Of a DNA stretch of 64,000 nucleotides, positions 34,325 to 48,800 are shown in pieces; position 1 is the stretch's first letter, and every line of letters starts with the position of its first letter. The position numbers were made by a program, and so were the translations under genes. The notes under the pieces are model-generated. The model was not told the origin of the DNA. It saw only the letters and a list, made by a program, of their open reading frames with translations, and did no database searches. The stretch is taken from positions 496,001 through 560,000 of the forward strand of contig NIVC01000093.1 of NCBI GenBank assembly GCA_002269645.1, read 5' to 3'. The stretch comes from Macrostomum lignano (taxonomy: Eukaryota).

Positions 34325-34865
34325 CCTGAGTGAGGTAAACTGGACTGGTAAGAAGACTAAAGGCCTAGCTGGCCAATCAGACACGATGGAGTGAGGTGGC
34401 TGAACTGGCAAAAAGTTTACAGGCCTATCTGCCCAATCAGACACAATGGACTGAGGTGGATGAACTGGCAAGAAGTCTACAGGCCTAGCTGGCCAATCAG
34501 ACACGATGGAGTGAGGTGGATGAACTGGCAAGAAGTCTACAGGCCTAGCTGGCCAATCAGACATGATGGAGTGAGGTGGATGAACTGGCAAGAAGTCTAC
34601 AGGCCTAGCTGGCCAATCAGACACGATGGAGTGAGGTGGATGAACTGGCAAGAAGTCTACAGGCCTAGCTGGCCAATCAGACATGATGGAGTGAGGTGGC
34701 TGAACTGGCAAGAAGTCTACAGGCCTAGCTGGCCAATCAGACATGATGGAGTGAGGTGGATGAACTGGCAAGAAGTCTACAGGCCTAGCTGGCCAATCAG
34801 ACATGATGGAGTGAGGTAGGTGAACTGGCAAGAAGTCTACAGGCCTAGTTGGCTAATCAGACACG
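34325..34865. repeat. 60-bp minisatellite, about 9 copies, immediately upstream of the C2H2/TM gene
   Basis: ggccaatcagacacgatggagtgaggtggatgaactggcaagaagtctacaggcctagct, which stays in register with the 60-nt display lines. Confidence 0.97.
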
Positions 34866-35873
34866 TGCGCTCCTAAACACAGATTATGTACACCCTTACA
34901 CACAGCTTCTAATTTTTGACTGAAATAAGACAAAAAGTAGGAATTAACACAGACCGAATTTGACTTTTGGTAAGAATAAATGCTGCAAAAATATTCGACA
35001 ATATGTTTATTAATCTTGCAATTTACAAAAATATAAGTCAACCGGACAAGGACAAACATAGGAATGCTAAATATATAGCAAAGGTACATTCAGAGACTGC
35101 TGATGAAATATAACGTAGAAAAATGTACAAAAAATAAATTACTAGGTTAAAATTTACAAATTTCACGCACTTGTAGAGAAAAACTGAAAGAGAAAACAAC
35201 CGGGTGTCATGAAGACAAAAATACGAAGCAAAACAAAGCCTTTAAAGTATTGAAATGCTTTTATAACTGACACTTTTGGGACGACTTGATGTCTTAAAAA
35301 ACAAAAAATAACTGGCATATTCTATTTATATTACTTAGTAGTAGCATCAAACATGTTGAGCTAGATAAGTACACTGAAAATTGTTACAAAATGCATTAAA
35401 ACAGACGAGTAACAACCTGAAATATTTTATTTCAATGAGTCGTGTACAAATATATTCGTACACTTACACTGACCGCAAATAGGCTCGAAAATTGAATAGA
35501 GATATTTATTGAATAAAAAGCAACAGGAATGATTGTGAGATAAAACTTTGGCCCCGGAAAACTCCAGAATAATAATAGATGAATAGCTCCAAAAGGAACT
35601 GAAAGTTTAGCGGAAATTGAATGCATTTTTTAGAAAGCTTAACAACTAATTTGTGCAAATTGCTTACTTTGACAGCACTTGGAATTAAAATTCGAAAATG
35701 CTAATCTCCTTACTCAAAGTAGCAGTAATGCAAATCGACTTAGTAAGTACTAAAGCATTATCACGAGATATTATATTTAGATTTATTACACACTTGTTAG
35801 AGCCACCATCCTTTTGTCTTGTGTAACAAATTGAAATAATAAAAACTTACTTTCAATCAATTAATTAATTTGT

Positions 35874-36502
35874 TAGTCAGTCAGTCAGTCAGTCAGTCAG
35901 TCACCCACTCACTCAAGTCAGTCAGTCAGTCAGTCAGTCAGTCAGTCAGTCAGTCAGTCAGTCAGTCAGTCAGTCAGTCAGTCAGTCAGTCAGTCAGTCA
36001 GTCAGTCAGTCAGTGAGTCAGTCAGTGAGTCAGTCAGTGAGTCAGTCAGTCAGTCAGTCAGTCAGTCAGTCAGTCAGTCAGTCAGTCAGTCAGTCAGTCA
36101 GCCAGTCAGTCAGCCAGCCAGCCAGCCAGTCAGTCAGTCAGTCAGTCAGTCAGTCAGTCAGTCAGTCAGTCAGTCAGTCAGTCAGTCAGTCAGTCAGTCA
36201 GTCAGTCAGTCAGTCAGTCAGTCAGTCAGTCAGTCAGTCAGTCAGTCAGTCAGTCAGTCAGTCAGTCAGTCAGTCAGTCAGTCAGTCAGTCAGTCAGTCA
36301 GTCAGTCAGTCAGTCAGTCAGTCAGTCAGTCAGTCAGTCAGTCAGTCAGTCAGTCAGTCAGTCAGTCAGTCAGTCAGTCAGTCAGTCAGTCAGTCAGTCA
36401 GTCAGTCAGTCAGTCAGTCAGTCAGTCAGTCAGTCAGTCAGTCAGTCAGTCAGTCAGTCAGTCAGTCAGTCAGTCAGTCAGTCAGTCAGTCAGTCAGTCA
36501 GT
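35874..36502. repeat. (AGTC)n microsatellite
   Basis: Near-perfect agtc run with a few agtg/agcc variants. Confidence 0.98.
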
Positions 36503-37136
36503 TCTCCTATTAATCCGAAAGCAAAAGTGAAAACTCGGACACCGGTCTACCTAAAGCTCAAACGTGTGTACCTCACATACGGTCAAACTTGATACAGTTG
36601 TATTTATTTTTCACTTTTGTACATATGACTTAGTTAGAAACAAAAGAGCAAGCATATTGTGAAAACATTATTCAATATTTCGACACAGATACAACTAATT
36701 TGACCAACAAACCAAAGCAACAAAGGACAGTCGCGGTTCTGACTGGCAATAAAAAAATTAATAATACATTGAAGCAATAGCAAAACACAGAAACAAAACC
36801 ACACAGTTGAATAGAATAATTCGAGTCGAATAAAAAACAAGTTTTCAATTGTGCATAAAATTAGCATATTTAATTAGTAGAATCGTACAATTTGAATGCA
36901 AAAGCAAAAGCAGTTTACTCTGATAATTTTTTATTTTTATAAAACAGGCAAACAACAATAACTAGGCGATAAAAAAGCTGTGGGACAACTGAATGACGCG
37001 CAATATAGACTACTACTTGACTATATGACTTAGTAGTAGTAAGCAGAGAAAATCTAAGCAAAACCACACAGAGACAGCAAATTTACTATGCATAAATATA
37101 GATAGGTCGAATTTATAAAAAAAATATTTTTGCAAA

Positions 37137-40100
37137 TCACGCGGAGGCGCCGGCGGGTGCGGCGGAGGCGGCAGCGGGAGCTGCGGAATTCCCGGCCGAT
37201 TTCGCAGCCTCCTCCTCCGTAGTCGCCGCAGTCGCTCCAGCGCCATCCGCACAGTTATTATTATCGACATTATTCTCGTCCTCTCCAGCGGCATCAACTC
37301 GGACATTTTCAACGTCGCCGCCACCAGCTGTGCCGCCGACGTCGCCGGAGCTGAGATTCAACGGCCAGGTCGGCGTGGCGCCCGGCGTCGCCCGGAAAAT
37401 ATGCTCGAAATGGTCGATGTTGGCTTGGCCAAAGCCGCCGCCTGCGCCGACGCCAGTTCCGACGCCTCGGGAGCGTCGGCCAGCCGGGCTGTCCGAAAAT
37501 CCGCTGAAATTCTGCATCTCTAAAATCATTTTAATAGCCGTCGGAGTGTCGTTCCTAGCGGCGGCTGCGGCGGCAGCGGCGGCGGCGGCCAGCATCGGGC
37601 TGCTGCTGGGTGCCATGATGGGGGTCGACCGGGCGGCGGCAGCGACAGCCGCGGCAGCGTGAGCCATGGCAGCGTGATGGTCGAAGCAACTAGTGGAGAG
37701 AATTGGACGGAAGAAATCGCCAGAGGACGTCGTCGAAAGCGGGGCGTTGGCGAAGGAAGTCGACGAAGTTGTTGTCAACGCACTCGTCCGCGAAGCCATC
37801 GAAGCCGCCGCGGCCGCGGCCGCCGATACCGCTGCCGCCGCCGCTGTCGTGGCATTGACATCGCGCTCTTTTAGCGTCCCATCGACGCCTGCGACGAGCG
37901 GTTTCGGCCGCGTCAGCGGAGGCGGCATCGAGATGGCAGCGGCGGCAGCGGCGGCGGCTGCTGCTGCGGCGGCAGACGAAGCGGCGGGCATGCCAGAAAA
38001 ATGATGCGACGCCACAGCTGCCGCATGCGGATGCTGATGATGAGGCAACGGGAAGCCGGGAAAGCCGGTCACGTTGCAGTGCTCCGATGGCTGAAGTGGA
38101 AGAACCAGATAAGAGATCAAAAACTTAAAAGTTTAAAAAGAAATTGAAAGACTTTAGACCAGAGCAAGAGGGGAGTTGCTGAGATGCCATGGCTCACAGG
38201 GGGAGTTGCTGAGATGCCATGGCTCACAGGGGGAGATGCTGAGATGCCATGGCTCACAGGGGGAGATGCTGAGATGCCATGGCTCACAGGGATAGTTGCT
38301 GAGATGCCATGGCTCACATGGGGAGTTGCTGAGATGCCATGGCTCACAGGGATAGTTGCTGAGATGCCATGGCTCACATGGGGAGTTGCTGAGATGCCAT
38401 GGCTCACAGGGGGAGATGCTGAGATGCCATGGCTCACAGGGATAGTTGCTGAGATGCCATGGCTCACATGGGGAGTTGCTGAGATGCCATGGCTCACAGG
38501 GGGAGTTGCTGAGATGATGCCATGGCTCACAGGGGGAGTTGCTGAGATGATGCCATGGCTCACAGGGGGGGGAGTTGCTGAGATGCCATGGCTCACAGGG
38601 GGGGGAGTTGCTGAGATGCCATGGCTCACAGGGGGAGTTGCTGAGATGCCATGGCTCACAGGGGGAGTTGCTGAGATGCCATGGCTCACAGGGGGAGATG
38701 CTGAGATGCCATGGCTCACAGGGATAGTTGCTGAGATGCCATGGCTCACATGGGGAGTTGCTGAGATGCCATGGCTCACAGGGGGAGTTGCTGAGATGCC
38801 ATGGCTCACAGGGGGGGGGGGAGTTGCTGAGATGCCATGGCTCACAGGGAAAAACTAACCATAGTGACTGTACAAGGCTTTGTAACTGTACAACCACAGT
38901 AGTTAATCGCATAATAATAATTAAGGATAATAATTGAATACACCTGCCCAAATTGGGCCCGATGTGAAACCGACAGCTAACCGACACAAACCGCAGCTAT
39001 TGCGCTACACATCTAAAGGCTGCGTACGGCTGTTCTAGTGGGATCGGGAATCGAACCCCCGACCTTCAAGTCGTGAGTCCGACGCTCTAACCACTAGGCT
39101 GCACAACCCCGTAATCGCAAAAGCACAAAAATTGGTCTACTTTCTATTTCTAATCTTAAAAAATTAGTAACTGGATCCAAAGAACTCGCTATCAAAAGAC
39201 TTACACTTCGGCAGAATGGCGAGCTTCTGATGCTATTGTACAGCATAGCCACCGCCTGCAGATTCATCCGCTGCTGGTGCTGGAGATGATTCGACTGCTG
39301 CTGCTGCTGAAACTGATGAGGCATCGGGCCGCCTCGAGGCCCAGGTTGCCGACTGCTGGCGGCCGTGATCTCCGCCACCTCGTCCTCCGTGATGCTGCGA
39401 TTCAACACCGACGAGGCTGGAGCTGCGGCGGTGTCGGCGTCGGCGGCCTGCGCTTCGCCGGCGCCCGCGTCATTAGCCGTCGACGCTGCTGCACCTTCCG
39501 CACAGCTGGCGGCGCTGTTCTCTCCGCTCGACGCGTCCTCGCCGCCGGTGACGTCATCTTCATCGCCGGTGACGTTATCGTCGCCGCTGGCGACGTTATC
39601 GTCATCTGCGGAGGCGCTTCGACGTAGAGGCGCCCGATCGAAGCGCAGATTAGTTGTCGCCTTTGACAACTGCTGAGCCGCTGATGAAGCAGTGTGCTCG
39701 GCTGCTGAGTCTGAAAATTTGGAATGAGTTTTTTCTTCAATTTTTTCTTCTTTGCTTTGATGAGCTATGCTGGAATTTGGTAGAATACTTTTATCTTCCC
39801 AGACAAGTTGTATTATCTCTAATGACTTATTGCGCTTTTCCTATTACTCTATCCCTACTCGCTGTCTACTATACCTCTAACTCACCAAAAAGCAGCTGTC
39901 CATCAGTCTCCAACGGTCGATCTCCACCATCAAAACGCCGATGATTGTCGATATGTTTTTCTACACCGCCGCTTAACTGCCTACGCCTTCGTTTCTTCGG
40001 AGGCATCAGCTGAACAGCGGCGTCAACGTCGGCGGCGTCGGACCCGACATCGACGGGACCGCCGTCAACGCTATCAGTTGACGACACCGACATTGTTCGA

Positions 40101-43100
40101 CGCTTGCCAGCGCCGCCACTGCTGTCGACCCCGGCACATAAGTAGGCAGACGACGGCATCAAATTGGCCTTTGGCGGAGAAGCTGTTTCAGGTTTGCACT
40201 GCTGCTGCTGCTGCTGCTGCTGTTGTAGCGGCACCGACAAGCTTGGCCTCTGCGACGGCGGAAGCGGCAACGGCGGCGCAAGCGGCTGCGGCGGCTGCTG
40301 ATGCGGTGGTCGCCAATAGCTATTACCAGCGTCGCTACCAATTCCAGACGATCTGGCCCGGCATAAGCTATCGTAGGCGGCTAGAGTGTCCGGATAATTC
40401 TCCTTGACAAAAGCTAAGTCGTCTGTAGATAGCTGATAGCGGTCTAGAAGCATTGGCGGCAGCTCCATGTGCTCTGGAGTGGATGGGCAAATTGAGCAGG
40501 AATGAGCGCAAAACTGATGTACAGTCAAGTCTTCGTACAGAGAAAAGTATATCTTTCTTCCCAGCTTGGAGATCCTTTGCTTAGCAGGGCAGCGATAGTC
40601 TATGGCCAGCCCTACAGACTAACTCTGACCAACCAACCGCCTTGATTTTTCTAAAGCTGTCTATCTCAGATATTATCTTAAGGCTTGATCATTGCGGCTG
40701 AGTATTAGAGTGCATTGTCAAGGAATTGTCAATCAATTACTAACAGTTAATGACAACACAGTCGGCTAGCTCCCTTTTCTTACCGCACGCAGAAAAAGTG
40801 TCGATTAAGCACTAATGGTTAGAAGCCACTCCAATCCCAATGCCCCAATCGAAGCCTTGCAACAATGTCAAGCGTCAAGTGGCTCAATCATCCACTCTAT
40901 AGGCATGGAACTTGTCGGCAAGGATAAAAAGAAGAATCTATGATTTAGCCATGCAAGCCATGCAAGCCATCAACTAGTTAACGCTCTACGAGATGACGAC
41001 TTCTTGGCTTACTAATGGTAAAGCGCAATAAAAATCAAGATAATAAACCGACCCACCTCCGCTGAGCCAAAAACAATGAAAGAAAGAAGCCTTCTAAAAG
41101 TTGTGCCACTTCATCAATACGAAGGCGACGTTGACGCCACCTGATCCGCCATGGCTTCTCTTGGCTGACTATTAAGGAAGCAAAGCACAGGCAAGCACAC
41201 GCAGAGACCAATTAGCATTTTCATAGCCTAACCGTCCCAACCCTATTATTATGCTTTTCCATCCGAAAAATTCTCCAATGTAATCGCGTGCCATAAAGGG
41301 AGTTCAATGGGCTCAAAATTGCAACGAGACTGCGAGGAGGGAGGAGAGCGTGATTGGAAGTTAGAACAAAAAAGGTTACGAGGGGTTAAGAGCCTCGAGG
41401 TTGAGAGGAAGCATTGTGTCGCCAAAAAAACCTATACCTGCCATGCCACGTGCGGACGCGGCGTAGGTTTCCTTCTCTTCTATCTTGTATAAAGCTATAG
41501 CCATTCGTGTACATAAGCCTAGCTTAATGATTATAAATATTATACCTGGTGAGCTTAGCTTAAATGCACTACTATATGATTAATACACACTGACAAACTT
41601 AAAAAATCTTTCAACTACATGTAGAAAAAATAGAGCCTTAGCTTTCTGAATTTTTAACAACTTGCAACTTTGCCACTCGGAAACTTTGCAACGCCGAAAC
41701 TTCAACGCTCCAAAATTGCAACTCCAAAAATGCCACTCTGAAATTTTAACACTCCGAAACTTCAACGCTCCGAAACTTGAACACTCCGAACTTTGCCACT
41801 CCGAAACTTCAACACTCCGAACTTTGCCACTACGAAACTTCAACACTCAGAACTTTGCCACTACGAAACTTCAACACTCCGAACTTTGCCACTCCGAAAC
41901 TTCAACACTCCGAACTTTGCCACTCCGAAACTTGAACACTCCGAACTTTGCCACTCCGAAACTTCAACACTCCGAACTTTGCCACTACGAAACTTCAACA
42001 CTCCGAACTTTGCCACTACGAAACTTCAACACTCCGAACTTTGCTACTCCGAAACTTCAACACTCCGAACTTTGCCACTTCAAGATAAAGTTAAGTGTTT
42101 AACACTCCGAAACTCTGTCAATCAGAAACTCTTATCAGCCCGAGACTTCTCCATCCCAAAAATTTTCAACCCAGAAATCTTTAATATTTGAATCATTTAA
42201 TTTAAAGCAACGCGAAACTTCACATTCAGATTTCATTGTTTCTTTTTCTATTTTGAAATAGTCCTGCTACACTTTTCGATTTCGACCGACTGACATGTTT
42301 TGTGAACAGGCTGGCTTTGTGCGAATAAAAGCTTTTAAAAGCTTCTAAAAGACTCAGACTCGCAGAGAGATGGGGAAATGGAAAGAAAGAAATATGAACA
42401 GGATAGGAGAACTGCTGTCATTGGACGCTGGCACCGCCGCCCCCAGCCTTCCCCCTCCTCCTCGGACTCCGCCCCTGATGTCCCACCCCTAAAAGCTTGA
42501 AACATCTACTTTCATATCGCTTTAAACAACTTCACCAGTTGTGAATTAATGAATATCTAAAAACCTACATTAAGCTATGCTGCGCGATTATTTTTCTTAT
42601 CTATTCTAGATTTTCTCTTAGATATGCTACGCTGTTTAAATCCTTATCTTATCTCATATACATAGGACAATTATTGATCTACCTTTTCCAGTGCAATCTA
42701 AGCAATAAACGATTCATTAAAATTAAAATACGAGCACATTTTTACCCGCACCGACTTTCTAATTACACCCTAAGAAATAAAATACCATTTAAAATACATA
42801 TAGTATGCCACACCTAAAATTACTGGCCTAGCCCGCCTTAACTACATTGCTGAGACAATGCCGACTATTCTGCTGACTCCTGAGCAAATCGGATGAGGTC
42901 ATTTTTTTATTTTGAACTCAACAACTTCCAAAAATCCTCAGAGAAAAACCTGGGTGATGACTGACTGGTGGGTGCCAGCCGGATTGGAGGCCGAGCGAAC
43001 AGCCTGCAGACAGGTGGGGGAACAATGAGCGAGGTGATGGGCGGAGGCAGTGCCTAATTAAGAAAATTGCCCTCCCCTCCCCTTGCCCTGCCTACACCCC

Positions 43101-45144
43101 AGCCACAGCCACTCATCGGTCGTCACTAGTCATCGCCCCCAAGTTCAAGCTCATCAACCGCGAGGTCAGGAAAGCGGCGCCACTTATAGCTATACTGTTC
43201 ACGTCAGTCACACACACTTACACACGAGGTTTTACTGTAGGCATTAACTTAGCCTTCTTGGGTATAGCAAATTCTGTGCCAAATATGCCTTGCAAAATTA
43301 CCAGCCTTGGACAAGATCGCGATTTTGCATACAAATCCATAGATAATTTGCGTCTGCAGTAGCTGGAATACTGTATAGAGTAAAAGCGTCAACTTGCCGA
43401 GGATTCCAAAATGGATTGAAAATCCGATTGGGAAGATCCAATCCCTTCTACCCCCCCCCCCTCAATCTCAAACTAATTCCATCTCTCGCATCCAAAAAGA
43501 TGGGAAATTAATCCTTTGACGGCTTATTTAATAATTATCGTGTAATGCGTAAAGCTGGGCGGAGACGGTGCCGCACCTGGTGGAGCAGCAGGATTAGGCC
43601 AGGTGAAAGATAGTCGAATTAGCTAATAGGCTTGGCGATGGGATAAAAAATGAGGATGAGGATGTGCTTGCAAGCGAGCGAGCGAGCGAAGTCGAAAAGT
43701 CAAATTCATCTGACTGACACTCGAGAAGATGGATAAAGATGGGGCAGAATTTTTGAGTCGCGCCCGCGTGCCTGACTAGATAATATTGGGAGAATTAGAG
43801 AGAATTATTATCTAGAATTGACAACTCTCGGGATGGAAGGTTTGAGTTGAGCTGCAATGACGCTCTCGGTGGTGCCACACAGACTGTCAGGATTGAGAAA
43901 AATATGCATGCTTTGCAGGTCTTGACTTTCTATCACCTGTCATGGCAGAGGTTAGCAAATTAATGAATAGAGACGCGACAGTGAGTACTAGCATACTAGA
44001 ATGTGAAAATAATGTAGCAACTGTGTCTGAATGTATTTTTGAGTTTGTGTCTGAATGTATTTTTGAGTTTGTGTCTGTATATCTTTTTTGAGTTTGTGTC
44101 TGTATATCTTTTTTGAGTTTGTGTCTGTATATCTTTTTTTGAGTTTGTGTCTGTATATCTTTTTTGAGTTTGTGTCTGTATATCTTTTTTGAGTTTGTGT
44201 CTGTATATCTTTTTTGAGTTTGTGTCTGTATATCTTTTTTGAGTTTGTGTCTGTATATCTTTTTTGAGTTTGTGTCTGTATGTCTTTTTTAAGTTTGTGT
44301 CTGTATGTCGTTCTTGAGTTTGTGTCTGTATGTATTTTTGTGTGTGTCTGATGTATTTTTGAGTCTGTCTGTATGTCTACGCCTGTCTGTATGTCTTCAC
44401 GTCTCATCGATATTTTGCTGACTGTTGAAACTTTTCGTCTAATAGCCAAATTGTCACTTATGTAGAGGTATTCGAAAAAAGAACAGCAAAAATGCCGCTG
44501 ACTGTCAAGAAGAGACGGGAACAAACGACGGAGAGTTCCCAGGCTGTTGTTAGGCAAGAGAAATCTACATCCAGATAGCACATCTCAACGCTAAAATAAT
44601 GAGATTAACTCCAAGAGCTGAAAACGCATCAAAGGAAACCGGGCATAACGAGCAGCCAGTAAAGCAATTCGCTTAATTAACATGGCGCCCGCCCTATAGT
44701 CAATTGATTGCAGTTTGCCATAAGGCAGCTGCTATAAGACAGCTCTGAAAGCCCCCGCCTCGGGTGAAGCGATCCGCACAACTTGCATTAGGCCTAGTGT
44801 CATCGTGTTGTTTATCCAATTTTTTTTGTTGCAAAACTCGGCACGGAGAAAATCAGAAAAATGATTCGCCCCCGTAATCCTTTCACTCGATTAAAGATTT
44901 CCTTTAAAGATTTTGAGCAGCCGCCTCGAGCCATCCGGTAATATACTGTAGCGCACACAGCCGGTAGCAACTACTCATCTTTTTCAAAAGATTGGCTAGT
45001 ATAGCAGAATCGGAAATCATCCAGGGACGTCAAATGGGGGTCAGCTGCCCCCACCACTTAAGTGTCTAAATTGGCGCTAAAATTTTTTGGAACCATACAT
45101 AGAAAATTAGAAAAATATTTCCTTGGTGCGTGCAACAAAGCTAT

Positions 45145-45217
<73 letters not shown>

Positions 45218-45410
45218 GACAGACAGACAGACAGACAGACACACAAACAGGCAGGCAGACAGACACACAGAGAGACAGACAGACAGGCAGACAGACAGAC
45301 AGGCAGGCAGACAGACACACAGAGAGACAGACAGACAGACAGACACACAGAGAGATAGATAGACAGACAGACAGACACACAGAGAGACAGACAGACAGAA
45401 AGACAGACAT

Positions 45411-45445
<35 letters not shown>

Positions 45446-45472
45446 TACAGACAGACAGACAGACAGACACAC

Positions 45473-45521
<49 letters not shown>

Positions 45522-45524
45522 CAC

Positions 45525-45569
<45 letters not shown>

Positions 45570-45570
45570 C

Positions 45571-45625
<55 letters not shown>

Positions 45626-45626
45626 C

Positions 45627-45665
<39 letters not shown>

Positions 45666-45666
45666 C

Positions 45667-45717
<51 letters not shown>

Positions 45718-45742
45718 CACAGACAGACAGACAGACAGACAC

Positions 45743-45821
<79 letters not shown>

Positions 45822-45822
45822 C

Positions 45823-45859
<37 letters not shown>

Positions 45860-48800
45860 GATATGAAATCCTATCTAACCTCTACTAGTATTTTAGTTTC
45901 TGGAAGAATTTTTCATCATAGCGCCCAAAGAAGACAGAGTAAACAGCGTCAGTCGGTGAAATATCAAGTCGGACAATAAATATGTAGCATTGCATAGCGA
46001 TTCGAAGAACTTGAACAGTAACTAAAATAAGAACAAAATTAAAACTTGTTGAACAAAAAACTACGTTCAGCGTTTGAGACTTTGATAATGACGAAAATAA
46101 CAATAATAATAAAAGAATAAAGCGACTGGTCTTTCACGTTGGATCTGCGCAGCCATCCAAGCCGCCTTTTGGCTATAAAAGAAGCCAGAAAAGTGGGAGA
46201 AAGTAGCAATCCGATTTGGAAGAATAGCAGAAAAATAACTCCTCGAGGCACAAAGCAACAAGTTAGCAGCAGAAGCAGTAAAAAATTGCGCAGAATTAGA
46301 AACTTTTCCAACGATCTAATCAACTGACAAAAGCGAGGAAGCCGCCCTCCAAGAACTAGCCACCTGCACTAAAGTTTTGGCACCATTTGGCTAATACATA
46401 AATCCACCTGACTGACAAGACTGCCATCTGGCTCATCGAGACTTATTCATTTATAATCGTCTTTTTGTCTTTAAAAAAATATATGCTAATTATTATTAGC
46501 TTCGATTCGAAATCATATAAATTAGGCCGACAGAAGGCAGAAAACGGGATAAAAAAGTCCACATCTAGGCTTAAGCTAATGGACAGTTTCTGGATACAAT
46601 TCAATACACAGCGATGACTGCACCAGCAGCTGCATTTCGTGTCTATACTATGGGTTCTCAAACAGACAGATGCTTTATTATTAGGCTAAATTGAATTTGC
46701 CGAGCCTGGGCATCCATGACGATCCTCTTTTGGACGTATCTCTCCTGCAGTTAGTTCACTTAGACTAGATAGCCACCATGATCAAGTTAGCAGTTCGAAC
46801 CAACCAATGCTCTGCTGCTTGCTGTATCAAATCAAGAACTTATTAACTCCCAAAGCCACACTGGCGACAAAGAGAGTGGGCACCAAATTGCCGGCACTGC
46901 ACTGCCGAACAGAGAGCAGAAAAAAGTGGCTCAAACACGACAAAGAAAGAATCTGTCGTGTTGCCCACATCATTCAGGGACAGAGTATAAATTAGATTTA
47001 CCAATAATCTTCCAGCTGAGATAGTTGAAATGGTAGACATCAAAGGCAGAAGATTTAACGCTGTTGCGAATAACAGCAGTTTATCAAAGAAGGGCCAGCG
47101 AACGACAAACAGAAATGATACAATTTGCAAGGACCCGGGAGGTGGCAGCCAGGAGGCAAGCGAATAACAAAAAGGCCAGTTATTGCCATTCCGTTCTCGA
47201 AAATCCAGAAAAAGGAGCGCCACTTTAGTGACAACGGTGTCACTTGTGCTGCCGTCTTGAGAGATACTCTAAGGCGATATACTGAGCACAGGTTATAACT
47301 TAAACTGAAATAGTTTTTGTTCGCTCTGTATCGCTCCCTTTTTGAGTTTAAATCTAGGTCTAGAGTCGAGTTCAGTTGGGCGTACGAAATTGCACAATGT
47401 ATGCAGTAAGTAGCTACAAATCGAACGAACGACAAGCAAGAGATTGATGCGCAGGCGCTCAAAAAGAAAGATTGGAGTAGAGTTGAGATCGGCAAACGAT
47501 GGGCCAACAAAGTTGCCATGCAAAATAGCTTTGCGCCTTAGCATGGCATTGCCAGTTGGCCTAAATTAGCTGGGGTACCCGAGCCGAACTGACGGCCGAA
47601 GAAATTTTGGACAAAACAAGAAAGTGGCCGAGCCAAAGAGACAGCAAGGGTTCATTGACAATTCGGCAGCCAATACCACAGCCATAATAAGGCAATGTGC
47701 AAATCGGCCTATGCAAATTACTTTTTAGTCTCTTTCTTTTTGCGTTTGACGGCTTCTCATCATAATTTCCATCCGACGGCCTCATCTTCTGGCGCTGCTG
47801 GTTTCACTGTTTTCTGTTTTTTTATCGGCATTAGAGAATCGACCGCCTGCCTGACATGTGAAAGGAGAAGCGGCGCAAGTTATATTCAGCGGGATTTCCC
47901 AGGCACTCTGGCCGGGATCATTATATATTAGATGCGGGGATTTGCGAGAGAGCGCGGCCAATCCAGCCTGATAGCCGAAACGGGAGGCTTCTGCTTTTTC
48001 TTTCTTTTTCGGCTTCTATTTTTTTCTTCGATCGATTAGCTAAATAACGGCCTCGCTCAGGGCCGAGTGACGACTCGAGAAACAAAATGACAGGCCTTCG
48101 ACAAGCCAAATAGCAGTAGCAGCAGAAGCAGAAAACAGGCAAAGCAAGCGAGCAAGCAAGCCGAGGAAAGCGAGACCGGCCCGATTTCTGCGTTTTAATT
48201 ACATTAGAAAAATTAGCTGCGAAAAAAATTACTGAAATTACCGAGGGGCGGGAGAGAAAGGCAGAAGAACACAAAAGAAAGGGCCTAATTAAAAGTGTGG
48301 CAACTGAGTGAGGAAAAAAACTGAATCCAAAGCTAAAAAATGGTAAACTAAGCTGGATGGAGAAAAGATTGCCATAACGAGAAAAGAATAGGACACGCGC
48401 CGAGACTAAAGGGAGGAGGAGCGGGGGGTAGAGGTTAGGAAAAATCAAACGAAAAAGCAAAACTTCTCTTCAAATAAAAAGTTAGGCTACAGCTGACCCA
48501 AGAAGGTCCAACAAACAGGATCTGGAGTTTCAGTTTTCAAACAGAAAATGCAACGCAAATTCTGTTGTCAAGGTCAAATGAGTTAAAATATTTTTTTCTG
48601 AGTAAAAATTATTAATTTTTCAAAGTTTCATTTAATCGTAATAGTTGATTCGCTTACCAGGACGCGACACTGGCCTGTCAAACTCGAAACTTTCTATGTA
48701 TAGTCTCGATTTTCATACCATCTGCTACATTTTAAAACTGAATAAATTCTACACAACTCTTGAAAACATAACCGCCTATCGATGATTACATTTCCCTCAG

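Noticed and set aside
39036-39110. Functional tRNA-Val(CAC) gene
   Set aside because: The D and T stems are imperfect, and it is followed by a non-tRNA body, an (ATT)n tail and a TSD, so a SINE fits better.
47695-47815. Additional NFI exon in the long intron ([21 protein letters not shown])
   Set aside because: The candidate acceptors give stop codons in the required phase 1, and the flanking exons already join in phase without it.
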